In this document: piece after piece, positions 61,536-64,000 of the stretch
Numbering within the stretch: the first letter of the stretch is position 1
Layout: each line of letters starts with the position of its first letter
From: a bacterium
Lineage (GTDB): Bacteria > Cyanobacteriota > Sericytochromatia > S15B-MN24 > VGJW01
Direction: 5' to 3'
Assembly: GCA_021781555.1 (NCBI GenBank)
Contig: JAJXWQ010000007.1
Span: forward strand, 529 to 64,528
DNA length: 64,000 bases
Made by a program: the position numbers and the translations under genes
Notes under the pieces: generated by a model
What the model saw: only the letters and a program-made list of their open reading frames with translations
What the model was told of the DNA's origin: nothing
Database searches by the model: none

Positions 61536-63491
61536 GTGTCCGCTGTTCAGTCCGCCCCGATCGCCATCACGCTGCCCGACGGGTCCGTGCGCGAGGTCGC
61601 CGCGGGCACTCGTTGCATCGATCTCGCCGAGCAGATCTCTCATCAGCTGGCCAAGAAGGCCGTGGGAGCCCGCATCGAAGGCAAGCTGGCCGACCTTCGC
61701 ACGCCCCTGGAGCGCTCGGTCCGCGTCGAGATCGTCACCGCGGACGACCCCGACGGCCTGACCTTCCTGCGGCACTCCGCGGCGCACCTCCTGGCCGAGG
61801 CGGTCACCGAGCTGTGGCCCGAGACCAAGGTCGCCATCGGACCGGTGATCGCGGACGGCTTCTACTACGACTTCGATCGCCCCGAGCCCTTCTCGTCGGA
61901 GGATCTCGAGCAGATCGAGAAGGTCATGCGCAAGCACGCCGGAGCCGCCGAACCGATCGAACGGACCGAGGTCCCCCACGACGCGGCCATGGCCAAGGTC
62001 ACGGGGTTCCTCGGCCAGGGCGAGATCTACAAGGCCGAGATCCTCGAGGGCATCCTCGCGGAACCCGGGAGCGTCGTGAGCTTCTACCGCCAGGGGACGT
62101 TCACGGACCTGTGCGAGGGTCCCCACGTGGCGCATACGGGCCTCATCCGGCACTTCAAGCTCCTGTCGGTCGCCGGAGCGTACTGGCGGGGCGACGAGAA
62201 GAACAAGATGCTCCAGCGCATCTACGGCACGGCCTACTTCAAGGAAGACGATCTCAAGGCCCACCTCCACCGCATCGAGGAGGCAGCCAGGCGAGACCAC
62301 CGCAAGCTCGGCAAGGAGCTGGACCTCTTTGGCCAGTACGACGACATCGGCCCGGGCTTGATCCTCTGGCACCCAAAGGGTGCGCTGATTCGCAACGAGA
62401 TCGAGACTTTCTGGCGCAAGGCCCACTACGAGGGTGGATATGACCTCGTTTATACGCCGCACATCGCCAAGACCACGCTCTGGAACAAATCCGGCCACAC
62501 CGGCTTTTATCGCGAGAACATGTTCAGCGGCATGGACGTGGATGGCCAGGAGTATCTGGTCAAGCCGATGAACTGCCCGTACCACATCCAGATCTTCAAC
62601 AATCGGACGCGGAGCTACCGCGAGCTGCCGCTGCGGTGGGCTGAACTTGGCACCGTGTATCGCTACGAGCGCTCCGGAGTGCTCCATGGCCTCTTGCGGG
62701 TGCGCGGATTCACTCAGGACGACGCCCACCTGTTCGTCCGCCCCGATCAGCTCGAAAGCGAGCTCGATCGCGTCATCGACTTCGTGCTCTACATCCTCCG
62801 GACCTTCGGATTCGCCAAGTTCGAGGCGTACCTCGCCACGCGCCCGGAAAAATTCGTCGGAGAGCCGGCGATGTGGGAGCGCGCGACCAAGGCCCTGGCC
62901 GACGCCCTGGTCAAGAATGGCCTCGACTACGAGGTGGACGAAGGCGGCGGCGCCTTCTACGGTCCCAAGATCGACCTCAAGCTCAAGGACACGCTCGGCC
63001 GATCCTGGCAGTGCTCGACGATCCAGGTCGACTTCAACAATCCCGAGCGCTTCGACATGAAGTTCACCGGATCCGATGGCAAGGAGCACCGTCCCGTCAT
63101 GATCCACCGGGCGCTGATGGGCTCCATGGAGCGCTTCTTTGGATGCCTGGTCGAGCAGTATGCGGGTCATTTCCCGCTGTGGCTGGCGCCCGTGCAATGC
63201 AGCGTGTTCCCGATCTCCGAGGACGTCGACGAGGCGGCCCTCCAGGTTGCCGACAGGCTCCGCAAGGCCGGCTTGCGGATCGACTACCGGGACGCGAGCG
63301 ATCACCTGAACGCCCGGATCAAGGAGGCCCAGCTCGCCAAGGTCCCGTACATGGCGGTGATCGGCAAGCGCGAGGCCGAGGCCGGGACGGTCGCGCTCAG
63401 ACTCGCCTCCGGCAAGCAGGAGGTCATGGCTATCGCGGACCTCGTCGGCAGGCTTACCCGCGAGGTCCAGGACAAGTCCCTGCCCAGCTGA
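61536..63491 (+). CDS. thrS: Threonine--tRNA ligase
   Basis: TACAAT and AAGGAGG upstream; RHSAAHLL, DLCEGPH, RDHRKLG, KPMNCP, RVRGFTQDD, FYGPKID. Confidence 0.97.
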   Translation: MSAVQSAPIAITLPDGSVREVAAGTRCIDLAEQISHQLAKKAVGARIEGKLADLRTPLERSVRVEIVTADDPDGLTFLRHSAAHLLAEAVTELWPETKVAIGPVIADGFYYDFDRPEPFSSEDLEQIEKVMRKHAGAAEPIERTEVPHDAAMAKVTGFLGQGEIYKAEILEGILAEPGSVVSFYRQGTFTDLCEGPHVAHTGLIRHFKLLSVAGAYWRGDEKNKMLQRIYGTAYFKEDDLKAHLHRIEEAARRDHRKLGKELDLFGQYDDIGPGLILWHPKGALIRNEIETFWRKAHYEGGYDLVYTPHIAKTTLWNKSGHTGFYRENMFSGMDVDGQEYLVKPMNCPYHIQIFNNRTRSYRELPLRWAELGTVYRYERSGVLHGLLRVRGFTQDDAHLFVRPDQLESELDRVIDFVLYILRTFGFAKFEAYLATRPEKFVGEPAMWERATKALADALVKNGLDYEVDEGGGAFYGPKIDLKLKDTLGRSWQCSTIQVDFNNPERFDMKFTGSDGKEHRPVMIHRALMGSMERFFGCLVEQYAGHFPLWLAPVQCSVFPISEDVDEAALQVADRLRKAGLRIDYRDASDHLNARIKEAQLAKVPYMAVIGKREAEAGTVALRLASGKQEVMAIADLVGRLTREVQDKSLPS

Positions 63492-63737
63492 CGATCCTCG
63501 CCTTCCGACTGCCGAGCGGCACCGTTTCAGGATCCAGAGGGATCGCTCGGCACCGATCCTTGCGGTCCTGCATTGGAATCGATCCGACCCGGGCCGGGAA
63601 CCTACCCAAGGGTCCGAGAGTCGATCCATCGGACGCCAGGTTGCGGCGCTCTGACCTCTGCCTGGCGTGTTTGGCGCCCCTAGGCGGGGGTAGAGACGGA
63701 TCAGATCCGCTTTTTGCCAAGACTGAAGGTCAGGAAG

Positions 63738-64000
63738 ATGGAAAGGCGAACCACTGTGCTGGTCGCCCAGGGAGAGGTCGCCCTGGCGAACGCCCTTGCC
63801 TCCGAGTTCAACGTCATCGTCCTCTCGGGGGCCACGCCCCTGGCAGACCTGGAGATGGCCGATCTCCTGGTGATCGATGGCAGCCTGCCCGAAGCCATGT
63901 TGCTCCTGGGAACCCTCAAGCGCCGTCTGGGCGGCCTGCCGACGATCTGGCTCGGCCGTTCCTGGCGCCAGGACGAGGTCGAGGCCGCCCTCGCGGCGGG
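63738..64000 (+). CDS. Partial receiver-like domain protein (runs off window)
   Basis: AGGA RBS; MERRTTVLVA...DLLVIDGSLP...LPTIWL...EAALAAG. Confidence 0.55.
   Translation, partial: MERRTTVLVAQGEVALANALASEFNVIVLSGATPLADLEMADLLVIDGSLPEAMLLLGTLKRRLGGLPTIWLGRSWRQDEVEAALAA

Overview
High-GC (roughly 68% by eye) bacterial chromosome segment, mostly housekeeping: cysS-mrnC-rlmB, gltX, initiator tRNA-Met, nadC, hemW, hslO, rpmB, coaX, system II cytochrome c biogenesis (ccsA/resB), hemA, gyrB, alpha2-type glyQS, phnDCE and thrS. It also carries FapA and a lone fliH-fliI pair. The gene mix suggests a diderm Terrabacteria lineage, perhaps a non-photosynthetic relative of Cyanobacteria such as Sericytochromatia (inference only). 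No prophage, transposase or CRISPR array was found. Signals not explained by the ORF track: (1) 25988-26277, four long hairpins with unrelated stems but a near-identical 8-nt loop (YCGGCACC), bracketed by a promoter-like and a terminator-like element, a candidate new multi-loop sRNA. (2) Directly beside it, a minus-strand cassette of a STAND/BTAD regulator, a 74-aa protein resembling a type III needle subunit, and two paralogous GT-A glycosyltransferase-like genes. (3) A second candidate sRNA of about 125 nt antisense upstream of thrS. (4) A family of about 105-bp CTAG-bounded MITE-like repeats, several placed on TAG stop codons. Several degenerate enzyme or receiver domains and an uncalled small membrane protein are also noted. 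All calls come from reading the sequence; no database search was run.
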